DNA of 64,000 nt from NCBI RefSeq assembly GCF_018350175.1, contig NC_058368.1, positions 169,262,001-169,326,000 of the forward strand. The letters are read 5' to 3'. The position numbers and the translations under genes are program-made. Under the pieces are notes generated by a model, which worked only from the letters and a program-made list of their open reading frames with translations, searched no databases and was not told where the DNA came from. This document shows, one piece after another, positions 50,457-62,818 of the stretch. The DNA comes from Felis catus. Lineage: Eukaryota. How positions within the stretch are numbered: the stretch's first letter is position 1; each line of letters starts with the position of its first letter.

Positions 50457-50957
50457 CAGTCCTTGATTTGCAACGGTTCAACTTATGATATTTGACTTTA
50501 CATGGTGCCAAAGTCATACACATTTAGTAGAAACTGTAGTTTGATTTTTTGGATTTTGATCTTTTCTCAGGCTAGGGATATTCAGTAAGATTCTCTCTTA
50601 TGCTGGGCAGTGGCAGCAAGCTGCAGCTCCCAGTCAGCCATGCTGATCACTAGGATAAACAACCCATACATTTACAACCACTCTATACCTGTGCAACCAT
50701 TCTATCTTTCACTTTCAGTAGAGTATCCAATAAATTACATGACAACATGTCACTATAAAGGCTTTGTTGTGTTAAGATGATTTTTCCCAACTACAGGCTT
50801 ATTTATATCTAAGAGTTTCTGAGCATGTCTCAAGTAAGCTAGGCTAAGTTATGATGTTTGGTAAGTTAGGTATATTAATGCATTTTGGACTTACAATATA
50901 TTCCACTTATGATGGGTCTATTGGGAAGTAACCCCATCTTAAGTTGAGGAAGATCTG
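50457..50957 (-). mobile_element. MER47/Tigger5-like DNA transposon
   Basis: cagctcccagtcagcca, ttcactttcagta, gctaggctaagttatgatgtttggtaagttagg, terminal aaccccatcttaagttgaggaagatctg followed by TA. Confidence 0.85.
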
Positions 50958-51641
50958 TATAATTTTGTTAGTAAGAGTAATGGCATTAGGCCAAGGATAA
51001 TCTTGAATCTCCTCTAATTTATTTTAAAAGGCAAATCAATTTTGAAGTTTGGTATGCATTACTTTTAGCAAATATACAGTTGATTCTGATACATTATGAG
51101 TCATGATACCATAATGAAAGCATGTTTTGGGACAATAGTATCAGAAAAACATTCTGCTCAAAATGTGCAGGCTGGAGTTTCCTCTATGAACAACATTAAC
51201 ACTGAACCAAGGCCTCACTGGGTTTTGTTGTGTCCTCCTTCCCTTCTTTACTTTCTATTGAGTACTGAAGGCTATGCTATTACTAATATCACTTTGTTGT
51301 AGTGTCCACTTAAATTTCCAGTATCTTTCCACATAATCTTTAATCAGTTCTAAATAGTTACAAATTTAAATACAACTTTGTAACCAGCCAACATTAATTG
51401 CTGCTTTCCTCAATTACAAACCTGCCCAAACGATTAAGTCCATAGGCTCGTGAATGTACAGTGCTTTCAATTTTAGCTTATTATGTCAATTACAAATCAT
51501 TTTGTGGCATCTGGTAGAGGTGATTTGTGAGTTGTGCTATCACCTTATTGAGCTTTTATCCTGTTAATGACCCTGCTGCCACAATTCTCACATCATTCAA
51601 TCTAAATGAGCTGTGCTTCCATGCCTTACTTCCATGGAATA

Positions 51642-51642
<1 letters not shown>

Positions 51643-51687
<45 letters not shown>
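51643..51687. repeat. (TG)22 microsatellite
   Basis: Direct reading. Confidence 0.97.
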
Positions 51688-51688
<1 letters not shown>

Positions 51689-52419
51689 TTCAGGAAAACA
51701 AAAAAAATTTAAAAAACACCTACTGTTTTGTTAACATTTTAGATGTCTCTTACTCAACAGTTATATCCAGTGTATTGCCAGAGACCAACTGGTGCTTTTA
51801 ACACCCTCGAGGGAATTCTACAGTATTTGCCATTGGCTCTCACCTCCAGAAAGATAAAGATATTTGTGTAAATTTAGCACAGAGGTCTCATGAGTACTCC
51901 TATCACCAATCTGGGATAGTTTTCTCCATTTTTTACTTATATTCTCTGATATAGTTTAAATTTCTCCTTTTCACTGGAATGGTCTGGGTACATCATTCTG
52001 AGTCCCCATTACCAGTCCCCTTCTTCTCATGACTCTGCTATGGGTGGTGAATAAAATTGACATCAAGTAGAGCATCCCAACTACTGTCCTAGGATGTCCC
52101 GGACTCTGCCTATCCCTTGTTTTCATTACACCTAGGGGGAGACATGCCAAGCCATCTTTCACTACATCAATAGTGCTAATCTAGAGGAATCTGAAGTGCA
52201 TCACCTCTACCTTTCCTCATCTTCTTTTTGATAGTGTTTCCAAAGTAAACAAAATGAAGAAAAGGGAATCAACAGAAGAAAATGCAAGTTGCTTGTATAA
52301 TCCTTAGGCTACGTAATTCAAGCCCCAAATAAACAAAGGATGACCTAGATGCATATTTACGAACCTGAAGTTGTTCCTGTTTGCTTTAAAAAATTTATAT
52401 TTATTACATTTCAAGAGGT

Positions 52420-52630
52420 CAGTTATAATATAATATAATCAATATATAGATATAGTGCTATATTATACCTGAATATACAATATGACATAATGTAATATAT
52501 TGCAATGTAACATAAATCACTAAATATATAATATATATACTAAATATGTGTAACATATATATACTAAATATATAATATACTAAACACACATACATATAAC
52601 ACATCTAAGTACATCCACCTATATATAATT
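52420..52630. repeat. AT-rich low-complexity tract
   Basis: Repeated actaaatata/atata units. Confidence 0.75.
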
Positions 52631-55114
52631 TACTTCTTAAAACAACTCTATGGTATAAGGATTATGGGAAATAGAAATTATCTGCTTTGAAGAAATCGAT
52701 TTGACCGTCTAAAAAATTGGTCCCTAATTTGTATTTGATATTTATGTCTAAATTACTACTATAGGTTTTATTCTTCGAGATCCCCGAAAGGAATTGAATA
52801 ATGTTAGGTGACCTACTAGAACGGCAGTTCTGCTTCTGGTAGCAGAAAATTAGGCTAGAATCCTCCGGAGATTTGCCAGCAAAATTAGCAGCAGAGGGTG
52901 TAAATGCAGCAACTAATTCTGCTAGAAAATGAACAGAAGGGAAGGCACTAATCTTATTAGCCGCTATGTCATCAGTCAAAACAGCAAGAATGTAGGAATG
53001 AAGCTTTGAAGGCTATTTTCTCTTTAAGAGTCCCTGTTTCTCCTCTTCTTTTAAGACCAATGGCAGGATAAAGAATAATGGTAGCAAATAAAATTTAAAA
53101 GAGGTAAAAAGGCAGAGTTGTATGATTGTTCTGTCATATAATTCTGCGAGAACTATACATGGCTCAAGAGTGACTTTGAGCATGCATAGCACTGACTGCC
53201 CAGATGTCACAAGCAGTTGTCACTGTGTTCAAATTATACTGAAAGCTTTGAAGAATACTTCCTCTGTGTAGGGTTAGCCTGAGCGAGTAGGCTAATAGAT
53301 TCAAATATGAAGGACATGTACCAAGCCCTGGTATTCTTCATAGAAGGCAGTCTGCCTTGGGCTGGCCCAGCCCACATAGTACCAAAGCATGAAGATGGAC
53401 CACAGACCATGAGAATGAGTTCTGTTCATTGGCCTCTATTCATAAAGACTATATTATTGGGTATGTGGCCCAGCAGGTGGGGCTATGGGGGCACTCATCT
53501 CTCCTTTAATTCAGTGTAAGGTTATGAGTCAACAAAAACCCAGAGTTTGGTAAGAAACCCATATTTCTTAAAAGAAAAAGACCCAAAAACTATACATAAA
53601 AAAAGATGATCCCACACTTCACTAGTATGGTAGACCTAATCCTAGATCATGGCTAAATGCTCAAACTTAGTTTTTTACATTTAACTTTTCCACTGCTATG
53701 AAGTGACCTGAATTTTATTCTTATGTTTTAGGGCCTCTGGTCTCTCATCTATAAATTCCCCAAGTCTCCTTCCACTGTTGACACTTGGATTTTGTGAATA
53801 ACCAAGTCAGACTCATAATAACTGGAACAGTTACAACATGTAGATACAGGTGTTTACATGGAGTCTTGTAAGGACATTTAGAAAATGGGACTTCTGAGTC
53901 ACCAAATCCCATGACATTACCTTAATTTCCAACTAGATATAATCTCTGGTGAATTGACAACAAGGGCAATATGAAATTCAAATTACATTTCCTTTACCAT
54001 TTTCACATTTATTATTGAACTGATAAAATATTCATTTGCTTAAAACCCATATGGCTGTTTAGTTTTCCTGAACACAATTAAGGAACTCTAAGTATCAATA
54101 CAGTAATTCAGGCTGAATGACAGAACAGCCTCATGTGATACTTTTCAAAGAAAATTATGGTAAAGCCAGAAGTAGTTGTGAGGAGGTGAGCAAATACCCA
54201 TCTAGTACTGTGTTTGGCACTAGCAAGCTCAAAAATGTACTTCTCTTCCCTCCTTTCCCTGTATTGTCTAGTTTACTCAGAGAAAACCATGGGCTAAATC
54301 TAAATTTTCCATAATGCTACCCTGCTAAAGAAATTTGCCCCAGTTTTTCAAGCTGAGGTGTAAAAACTGGGCTCTCATATTAGCCTGCTGTTGGTTTGTA
54401 TCTGTCCCCCTTCCACTCCTATTTTATTTGATTTTTAAATTACACCTTGATTTTCTTTTGGGGAGCCACTCTTTGCTGACTCTTTACCTACTAAAATTTA
54501 GGTGGCCTGTGCCAAGATGGACCCATGCCCAACTAACCAGTAAATTCAAGCACAATGATTCTTACCTCAGGTTACCTGGAACTCATCCACACATGGACTT
54601 AGTGGTAATGTAATTTTATAACCTCCATTTCTTAATAGCCAAAAGAATTCTAGCCCTCTTATTTTAGAGCAAAGTCCTTTGCTTTCCACACAGGCAAATT
54701 CCATTTTGTGTGGTCAAAGTACCACCGCTGTCATGACATTTTTCATAGACAATGATAGTCCCATACTTGTCTAGCACTTTGATTTCTAAGCTCCCCGCAG
54801 ATTAAAATACTATTGATTTTGAAGGTCAAAAAGGCTAATGCTTGGAAAAGAACACCAAGAAATGTGCAGTTGGGGCAGAGCTAGTAGAAAGTGAATGGAA
54901 TATAGGAGCAACCTTTTATTCCCTCAAGATAAGGGACAAGAACTTTTCTAGAAGAAAGAAGAGAAGAAAACATAATCATCTATAAAAGCCCCAGTACGCA
55001 TGGAAATAGAAAGCAATGGATGCTGTCATTGTGTATGCCATAGTCACTGAAAAAAAAAAAAAGAACATTGAATGGCAGACAAATATCCTTCTAGAACTCT
55101 GACTTTTTTTAAGA

Positions 55115-55350
55115 GAGGTACTGAAGCATAATGATCAAGGTCATAGCCTCTGGGGTCAAATTGCCTAGTTCCAAATTCCACCATGGTCATTTACTACTTG
55201 GGTTATCTTGAGCAAGTTACTTAACTTCTCTATGCCTTAGTGTCTCTTCATCTGTAAAGTGGAGATGAAAGCTATCACATAGGTTTTGTTTGTTTGTTTT
55301 GTTTTTAAGCAATTAGTGTATGCCAAATCCTAACAACCAGTGCCAGGCAT
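55115..55350 (+). mobile_element. MIR
   Basis: gcctctggggtcaaattgcctagttcc...atcttgagcaagttacttaacttctctatgccttag...catctgtaaagtggag. Confidence 0.88.
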
Positions 55351-55799
55351 TTAATAAATGCTAATTTTATTCTCGTGAGGTAGCACTGGGTCCTTTTACA
55401 GGCTCTTTATATTCTCAAGTTTCAGGACCACTTCATAGCTCTTAAATCTTATCTCCATCTCACCTGACCTCAGCTCATCCTCTCAGCTACCATGTTTCTG
55501 ACCATGGTCCCTCCATTTTCAAGTCTAAACTCCAAACTTTCTGCTCATCCCAAGCATTCCTCCCTGTGCGATGAATCAAAGAGGGGTAACTTTACCAGAT
55601 TCCAGCTGAGCCAGAAGCCAGGGGACAGAGACATGTCCCACAAAAACTAACAGTTGTGTGACTGTGGTAATGTTTTTGTGCTTCTCTTGTCTGGCAACTG
55701 GGTACAATTCCTCCTGTTGAACTTAGGCAGGGCTGATGTCAGAGTCTGGTTCCTTACCAGCAGTCCCTCCTGGTATAAGGCTGCAGAAGTCCATGTGAG

Positions 55800-55925
55800 T
55801 TAGTGGATTCTTAAACTGTGAATTCCCTGAGGTGAGGGCCAGCCTTTCCTGTTCACCATTGAATCTCTCGGCCCCACCAAAGGGTTGATACTGAAATACC
55901 TATTTGTTGAATAAATGAGTAAGTG
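55800..55925 (+). mobile_element. L2 3' end
   Basis: actgtgaattccctgagg...tgttcaccattgaatc...tatttgttgaataaatgag. Confidence 0.7.
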
Positions 55926-57358
55926 GTTTAAAGATAAGAACAACTTCAACTCTAGAGATGGCAATTGTTTAACTGCCTCAAGGTTAGTCACTCACAGGGA
56001 TTGCCCCCAATAACCACTTGTCAGTGGGCAAAAAATTAGGCCAGATCAATTTCTGGGTCTCTAATGTTGCTAATCCCAATTACTAAGCTGTCCCAAGTGA
56101 AAGACATACTTTATATGTTTATAGTAATGCTTTCTTTTTAATTTTAGACTGGCCAGCTTTTTTATATCGTAGATTAGTTCTGCATGAAGGCATAGGCTTT
56201 TTATTTATTCCTTTTCATGGAAGTTCATTTTAAAATAAAGGTAACTGAAATTGCTTGCATAGGGTTTAGTAACAAACCATGAAATCTTTTGGGGGGGGGA
56301 CATCCTCTGAGTGCTTTTATAAAAGTTCTTTTCTTAGGCAGTTGCATCGAGAAAAACATTGTCTTTATGTGTGACATTTTTCTCTGTTTTTAATTTATTG
56401 GTAAATTTCGAACAACTTTTGGAATGGTGACCACAGGTTATGTTTGTAAAGCAAGACTGATGTTTCATTAATCACTATATCATGGATTTACATTAGGTTT
56501 AGAGACCCTTATACACATTTATAACATTTAGTTTTTCAATAACTTGCTAGAAGGAAAATCTTGACTAATGTGTTACTTGAGACATCAGTGAAAACAGATT
56601 CAGTTTATTTACTAAGGAAACAGTTGCTGTACTCTCTCGGAGCAAGCCCCTCTTCCCTGTTGTCTTTATTGTGATCGACTTGCAGCATGTGAAACTGAGA
56701 ACTAGGCTGCTTAAGACTGTGACTGAGAAGATGGGACAATAGGCTGAGCATTCGGAGGTACCTCCTTTTTTTTTTAGTGTGAAGTTGTAATGGCAAATAT
56801 TTGTTACTCAATTTGTGTAACTCTTAGAAGTAAATCCAAATCCAGCTTTATTCAGGGCAGCAAGTGATACAACTTAGTAGCCAGTTGTAAATTAACTGGA
56901 CTTTGGGACAATTTTTTTTTTTGAGAACTTTAAAAACAAGGTCTCTGGCTTTAGATAACAAAAGTAGGTCCTTTTGTAAGTCTCAGAGCACCTCAAATCC
57001 ATATTGGTTTTATGAAATTCAGAGAAGGGCTCCATTTTCTGTACAGTTGTACCTATGTACAATGCCACACACCAGGCAAGGAACAGCAGAATACTCTCAG
57101 GGGGTTCCCTGTGAAGAATGAATACCATACATACAACTAATTCGGGCACCCATTCCTCCACTGAACAAATATTAAATGCAAACTCAGTACTTGCAGTCCC
57201 TGTAAAAAACATAGAAGAAAAGGCAGGAACCAGAATAAGGATGTTATGCAGTCCCAGTTTGATTTGCTACTGAATGTATAACTAAGTCCAATGTATGCAA
57301 TACATAATAGGAATATGCATTCATTCAACTCACACTTATTAAACTCCTACCGTACGTT

Positions 57359-57364
57359 ATATAG

Positions 57365-57393
<29 letters not shown>
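57359..57393. repeat. (TA)n microsatellite
   Basis: Direct reading. Confidence 0.95.
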
Positions 57394-57395
<2 letters not shown>

Positions 57396-57479
57396 TACAT
57401 TATATAGAAATAATGTAAAAACAAACCAACAGTGTTAGTCTAAAAACCTGAATTACCAGATTGGTGAATCCTCCCTTCA

Positions 57480-57950
57480 CCCTTTCTGTGCACATACAGT
57501 CCCAGCCGTGAAAGCTGCTGCCTGTCTGAGCAGCGCTTCCAATTATGTACCGGGGGCTCTTCAAGTTCACTCCTGTTTACCAGGCTTCCCTCCACGGTAT
57601 GCCTGTTCTGCTGACATCCACCAAGGGCCTGCCCAAAAGGAGCTCGACTGCCTTTTTAAAAAATAGTCTTCAGTTTCCAAGAAGCCTAGGCCGTCCGGGT
57701 CTCTTTGGCAGAAATCCTCACTGCGGCCTCCAGCTCTGGCCACGTGCCCCCTCACAGGTTTCTTGACTTCTCTGCACTCAGACGCAGCTTATAAACCACA
57801 TCATCTTGCTTCTTTCTTCCTTTCTGGCCCTGCCTGGCCCTGGCAACGAACCTGTGCTGTGTTCCGTATCATTGTACTGCTGTCCACAGCATATTTGCCT
57901 TTCGCTCAGCTCCTTTGGCTGTCCTGATGCAGTGTTTAGTGTGGTGGGGT
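57480..57950 (+). promoter_or_regulatory. Putative promoter/enhancer (CpG-retaining; CCAAT, FOX, E-box and TATA motifs)
   Basis: About a dozen CpGs in ~430 bp; CCAAT 57539, TGTTTAC 57574, CACGTG 57741, TATAAA 57790; motif-level evidence only. Confidence 0.35.
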
Positions 57951-57964
57951 AGGAAGGGCATGGT

Positions 57965-58170
57965 TTGGGACTCAGGCAAGAGGTCTGACCCATCTTTGCT
58001 GCTTACAGAAGCTGTGTGATCTTGAACACAATAGTTAACCTTCCCAAACTTTAAAACCGCTGCTTTAACATAGATGATAGTTTTTAACTTCATCTGATTA
58101 TTATGAGAATTAAATGAACTAATGTAGGTAAAATGCTCAGCACATAATTATGCTACATGCACATGAGTTA
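57965..58170 (+). mobile_element. MIR
   Basis: agctgtgtgatcttgaac...agttaaccttc...atgagaattaaatgaactaatgtaggtaaaatgctcagcaca. Confidence 0.8.
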
Positions 58171-58574
58171 GCATTTTCTTCTCTTCCAGACCTTCACTTT
58201 AATTAGCCAATCTCCACACATGTGCACCTGAACAATTTATCAGCTTAGTTCCTGAATACTTATTTACCACATTTGTCAGCCAGGCTTCCTCAAGCCCTCC
58301 ATGAAGACAGCCAGGTCCCTTCCCTACTGCCAGTCGAGGAAGAGGGCAATTTCCATTACCAGTGTCCATGAAATAAAGTCATTCTCATGCATCACTTTCT
58401 AAGCACAATTAGTGATGGTTCTAATGAAGGGATGATGCATATAGGAATGAAAGGTTTAGCTTAGTCCAAGCCCTGATATACCTCAAGAATCTGCTGGAAG
58501 AGGTCAGGCAATGACAAAAGGTTGACTTTATTTCCTTTGGGTCCTCATCCCATTCCTCACAGCTAGGAGTAAGC

Positions 58575-58810
58575 ATGACATTGTGTTGGAGGCTGCCAGA
58601 AATTTTAGAGCCAGACTGCCTGGGTTCAAATCCTAGTTTTGCCACTTACAAGAAGATGACTTTGAATGAGTTATTTAACTTCACACTTCAGTGTCCTCAT
58701 CTGTAGTACAAGGATAGTATCTACCTCATAGGGTTATTCTGACAGTCATTGAGTTCACATCTACAAAAGCTGCTTACAACAATGCCTGGGATATAGTAAA
58801 GGCTATGTGT
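58575..58810 (+). mobile_element. MIR
   Basis: agccagactgcctgggttcaaatcctagttttgccacttac...gttatttaacttc...cctcatctgta. Confidence 0.9.
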
Positions 58811-58821
58811 TTTAAAAAATA

Positions 58822-59026
58822 GGGACACCTGGATGGCTCACTAGGTTAAATGTCCAACTTCAGCTTAGGTCATGATCTGATGGTTCGTGGGTTTGAGCTC
58901 CGCATCGGGGCTGAGCTGACAGCTCAGAGTCTGGAGCCTGCTTCGGATTCTGTCTCCCTCTCTCTCTGGCCCTTCCCTGCTCACACTCTGTCTCTCTCTC
59001 ACTCTCAAAAATAAACATTAAAAAAA
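58822..59026 (+). mobile_element. Can-SINE (SINEC_Fc type)
   Basis: Full body; TSD ttaaaaaatag at 58812 and 59027. Confidence 0.95.
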
Positions 59027-59044
59027 TTAAAAAATAGAACATAA

Positions 59045-59295
59045 GAGCATCTAGGTGTCTCAGTCAGTTAAGTGTCTGACTCTTGATCTCAGTTCAGGTT
59101 TTGATCTCAAGGTTGAGAGTTCAAGCCCTCAAGGCTGCAAGTTGCAAGCCCTCAAGTTGCAAGGCTTTTGGTCTTGCAACTGAGCATGAAGCCTACTTAA
59201 AAACAAAACAAAACAACAACAATAACAAAAACAAAACAAAACAAAAAACAAAAACAAAGAAACCCCACAAAAAACAAACACATTTAAACACATTT
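59045..59295 (+). mobile_element. Short-form Can-SINE with scrambled interior and (CAAAA)n tail
   Basis: ctcagtcagttaagtgtctgactcttgatctcag...gagttcaagccc...gagcatgaagcctacttaaaa; no CT tract. Confidence 0.88.
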
Positions 59296-59470
59296 AAAAA
59301 TGCAAGGTACTAAAACTGTGTCCCCAAAATGTGAAAAGCACATGCATACAGTAGCTCTCCTTTTGCCTTAACTGAACCCCAGAAGGCTCTATTGGAGGGC
59401 AAAAACTCAGCAGGTTCCTGCTCTTGTGTGTTTGCTCAAAACTGCACTGATCTGTGAATCCAGCCTCAAG

Positions 59471-59599
59471 ATGAGCTTCCAGTACTTCTACCAGTACAAG
59501 AAGGATGAGGTCTTTATCAGGCTAGACCAAGTGATCTTTGACTGGATTATCGAAGACAACTACCCAACTAAAGAAACAGTGCTAGCTCTTTATATATAA
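59471..59599 (+). CDS. Candidate small ORF or coding-exon remnant, 42 aa (MSFQYFYQYKKDEVFIRLDQVIFDWIIEDNYPTKETVLALYI), product unknown
   Basis: 23 of the 30 codons after the ATG end in G/C; A at -3; upstream acceptor at 59382; AATAAA at 59620; no homologue recognised. Confidence 0.25.
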   Translation: MSFQYFYQYKKDEVFIRLDQVIFDWIIEDNYPTKETVLALYI

Positions 59600-59809
59600 A
59601 ACTTTTAAAAAATCTTTAAAATAAAAATACTACTTACTCCTGGGGAAATACTTGGACCTGTGACTATTTTTCCCATCTCCCCCTACAGAATACATTCTGT
59701 TAGTAGTAACTATTCCTCAAAGTCTTTTGCTCAGGAGCCTTCTGACATGCGGCGTTCCTTGATCTTTACAACAGGTGAGCCTTCTCCCACTTCGTTTACT
59801 TTGTCTCCT

Positions 59810-59935
59810 AAGTTCCTTTCACTTAATATTCTGAGGGAGCACTTGCTATGTACCAGGCACTAAGCCAGATACTGAGCTACACCATTGAATAAGACTCACA
59901 TGAACTTGGAAGTCCTGAAGCTTTTAATTTTGAGG
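59810..59935 (-). mobile_element. L2 3' end
   Basis: gagcacttgctatgtaccaggcactaagccagatactgag...tgaataagac. Confidence 0.65.
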
Positions 59936-61869
59936 ACAAGAACAATGTTTTCTTTGCTTTGTAACTCAGTCTATACATCTGGTAAAATGGTTTTCACTTA
60001 AATAGACACTTGATCAACCTGTTAGACTCAAAGAACAGCTAACAGGGAGCCAGGAGAACAGGACTCTGCTGGTAACAAGACTGTCCTCTTGGGTAAGTGA
60101 CTTACATGTGGGGTGAATTCTGATCCCTTTCCTGTGTGATAGTAGCATCGACCTATGTTGCCTTCAAAGACCCCTGCCTCTTCCAACTGTCACTAAACAG
60201 TGTTTGTGAGAGTTGAAGATAATTTCAGGCAAGTATCTAATGTTAGCTGTCTTTTAAGTAAGGCAGTAGGACTTTAAAAATAAAAATATCCACCATAATA
60301 TCTCTGAAAGGAATATAAATTTCCAGGATCAGTTTCGTAGGTTGCTTTTGAGTTGTCATAACTTCAGTGTTTAGATTTTTGTTTCAAAACCAGGCATAGA
60401 ACAATGAAAAATGAGTGACACCAGGTAAAGGACAGAGTTAACACTGTGGTTTTTTTTTTAACTGCTGATGTGAAAATTTAGTTTCTCCATAAATATTTGG
60501 TGACAAAGTCTCTTTTCTTCTTGAGCGAGGTAAATACACCACTCGTCCAAAAAGGACTGCGCAGGGGGTAAAATTATTTATAAAACTTAGCTCAGTATGA
60601 GTCTGAAGTAATGACTTCCAAGGGCAATCAGGCTTATGAATCCAGGTTCTCTGCAAATTGTATATATTTGTATTTACAGTTTGATTTGTATATATTAAAG
60701 GATTGATGAAAGAAAGAATTGTTGTACAATTCATGTTCCTATGAGAAAAAAAGCAGCCTAAATCCCATCAGAGTAAATTTTACTGAATGCAAAATGTCAA
60801 GGAAAATATATTATAGGTCCAATACTTCCTTATATCAATATTTAAAGTTGAGTTACAGCCATACAAACCTTTAAGATCCTAAAAGATGATTTCATTAAAA
60901 ACCTGCCATTTTGCAGAAGCCTAGAGAAAATAAGTGAACTTTCCAAGGCTACTCCATGAATTAGCTGGGATTCTAACACTCTCCTTTGGTCACTTAACCC
61001 CACAGACTGTCTCTGTATATGGAGCAAATGGCCACTGACGTATTTGTTCCTCATCTTTTAAAGATAGTTTAGAAAGCTCATACTTTGTGAATTGGTTGTA
61101 GTCATTTCTCTTAGTCAAGCTGTTCCTTATTAAGCTAAATCCTTCATTTCTTCTTATAACCTAAACATTTCTTTTACCTTTAAGAGCTCCCCTTTTCTAC
61201 CTTCTTCTCTTTTCCTATTTCTCTATCTTCTGTAAAACTTCCCTTCACTCACTTTACTTATCATCTCACTGGAGTTGGTCCAACTGTCAGTGCAGCCCTG
61301 ACAGCATCTCCATTCAAGATTCTTAGAAGGATTTTACTTTCGATTTTGAAAGCTGGTGCATGTGCATTCATATCTGGTGTTTCTTATTTCAATTATTTTT
61401 GAGCTGCTATCAAAGATTTAATGTTGACTGTGGAAACTTTCTCTCTCTTGTCTGACACTTTGAAGACAAATTCCTTCATCCTGGATCATCCTAGGGAACC
61501 ACACTATTAAGTCCTGGATGGAATGCTAGATATTACTTGACACATTTGTTTGCTAGTGGTACCCTTTTGAGGGCATAAGTGGGGGTGAGGGGGAGATAAA
61601 CACATAAAATGACTGAAGGAGAAAATAATTAAAATTTTGATGCTACTTAGGCAAAGAAAGTTGTTACATGAAAGTGGTGCAGGTGGTTAAGTATCAGCTT
61701 CTCTCATTCCAAGTTGGTAAAACACATTCTCCCAGAAATATCAGAGAGAGAATCACTCTTCTTCACCTCAGCTTCTGCAGGGAAATGCAGTCATTTCCTG
61801 CGCCTAAGTGAACCTATAGGTTTATAATGTCTGAGCTCCCAATATAGCCTAATTCTTCAAAAAAAAAAT

Positions 61870-62510
61870 CTTTGGGACTTTGACTTAATAATATGGTTCT
61901 AGAACAGTCAATGTCAAACAACTGATAGGCTGGCTATGTCAGACTATCTCATATCACAACAACCCTCCCATTGATTAAAATTATGAAAGCTGAATAAAGA
62001 AAATGTTTTAAGGCATCCACGAACTTCCAAAAACTTTCTCTCTGTGCTTGAGGGGGCTACAGTGCATAAGAGGAGAGAAGCACAGAAAGAGCCTGACATT
62101 TAGCTGAACATTTCTCCAGAGCCATTTGCTGATTTACAAGCAATGGTTAAAATCAAGAGAAGCTAAGTATAGCTTCTGGAAGGCTCACAAGGCTAATGAG
62201 ACAAAAATTTGGACTTAAGACCCACCAATGAGAACAGCTGATAAAAACTTTAGACTTTTAATGCCCCCCCCACCCCCATGAAGCCTTCAACTTTGGGGGC
62301 AAACAAGAAATATACCTGCTCTCACAAAAACTAAAACCAAGATTTGAATCATCTAAATCCCTAATTACATTATGATCTGCCTCTAACCTAATTGCCTGAC
62401 AGAAGCTGAAGTATATTCTCTCCAGGCAGAAGCTGACATCATCCAGAGCCTCAACTTATCTCTACAATCTTTCAAAAACAATGTCTGGAATTTAATTTTA
62501 AAATTATCAA
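61870..62510 (+). mobile_element. Old L1ME-type 5'-end fragment
   Basis: aatccctaattacat...tgcctgacagaag...catcatccagagcctc...aatgtctggaatttaattttaaaattat. Confidence 0.6.
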
Positions 62511-62818
62511 GAAAGAAAATAGAAGAAAGTCTTTGTGAGCTTAAGTTAGGCAAATATTACTTAACTATGATATCAAAAGCACAATCCATCAAAGAATAAG
62601 TTGATATATTAGACTTGCTCAAAATTGAGACTTCCTGTTCTTTGAAAGATGCAGTTAAGAGAATGAAAAGAGAAGCTACACTATGAGGGAAAATATTTGT
62701 AAACCAAATGGTAAAAAAAACAAAAAACAAAAAAACAAACTTTTAGCTAGAATATGTAAAAAATTTCCAAAACTCAGTAATAAGAAAACAAACTTTCCAA
62801 TGAAAAAAATGGGCATAA

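Noticed and set aside
59372..59599. Loose resemblances of the small ORF to the CKS1 N-terminus, MAB21-type helices or the vitellogenin/large-lipid-transfer helical region
   Set aside because: Each needs gaps, covers few residues and lacks nucleotide-level support, so no family or gene symbol was assigned.
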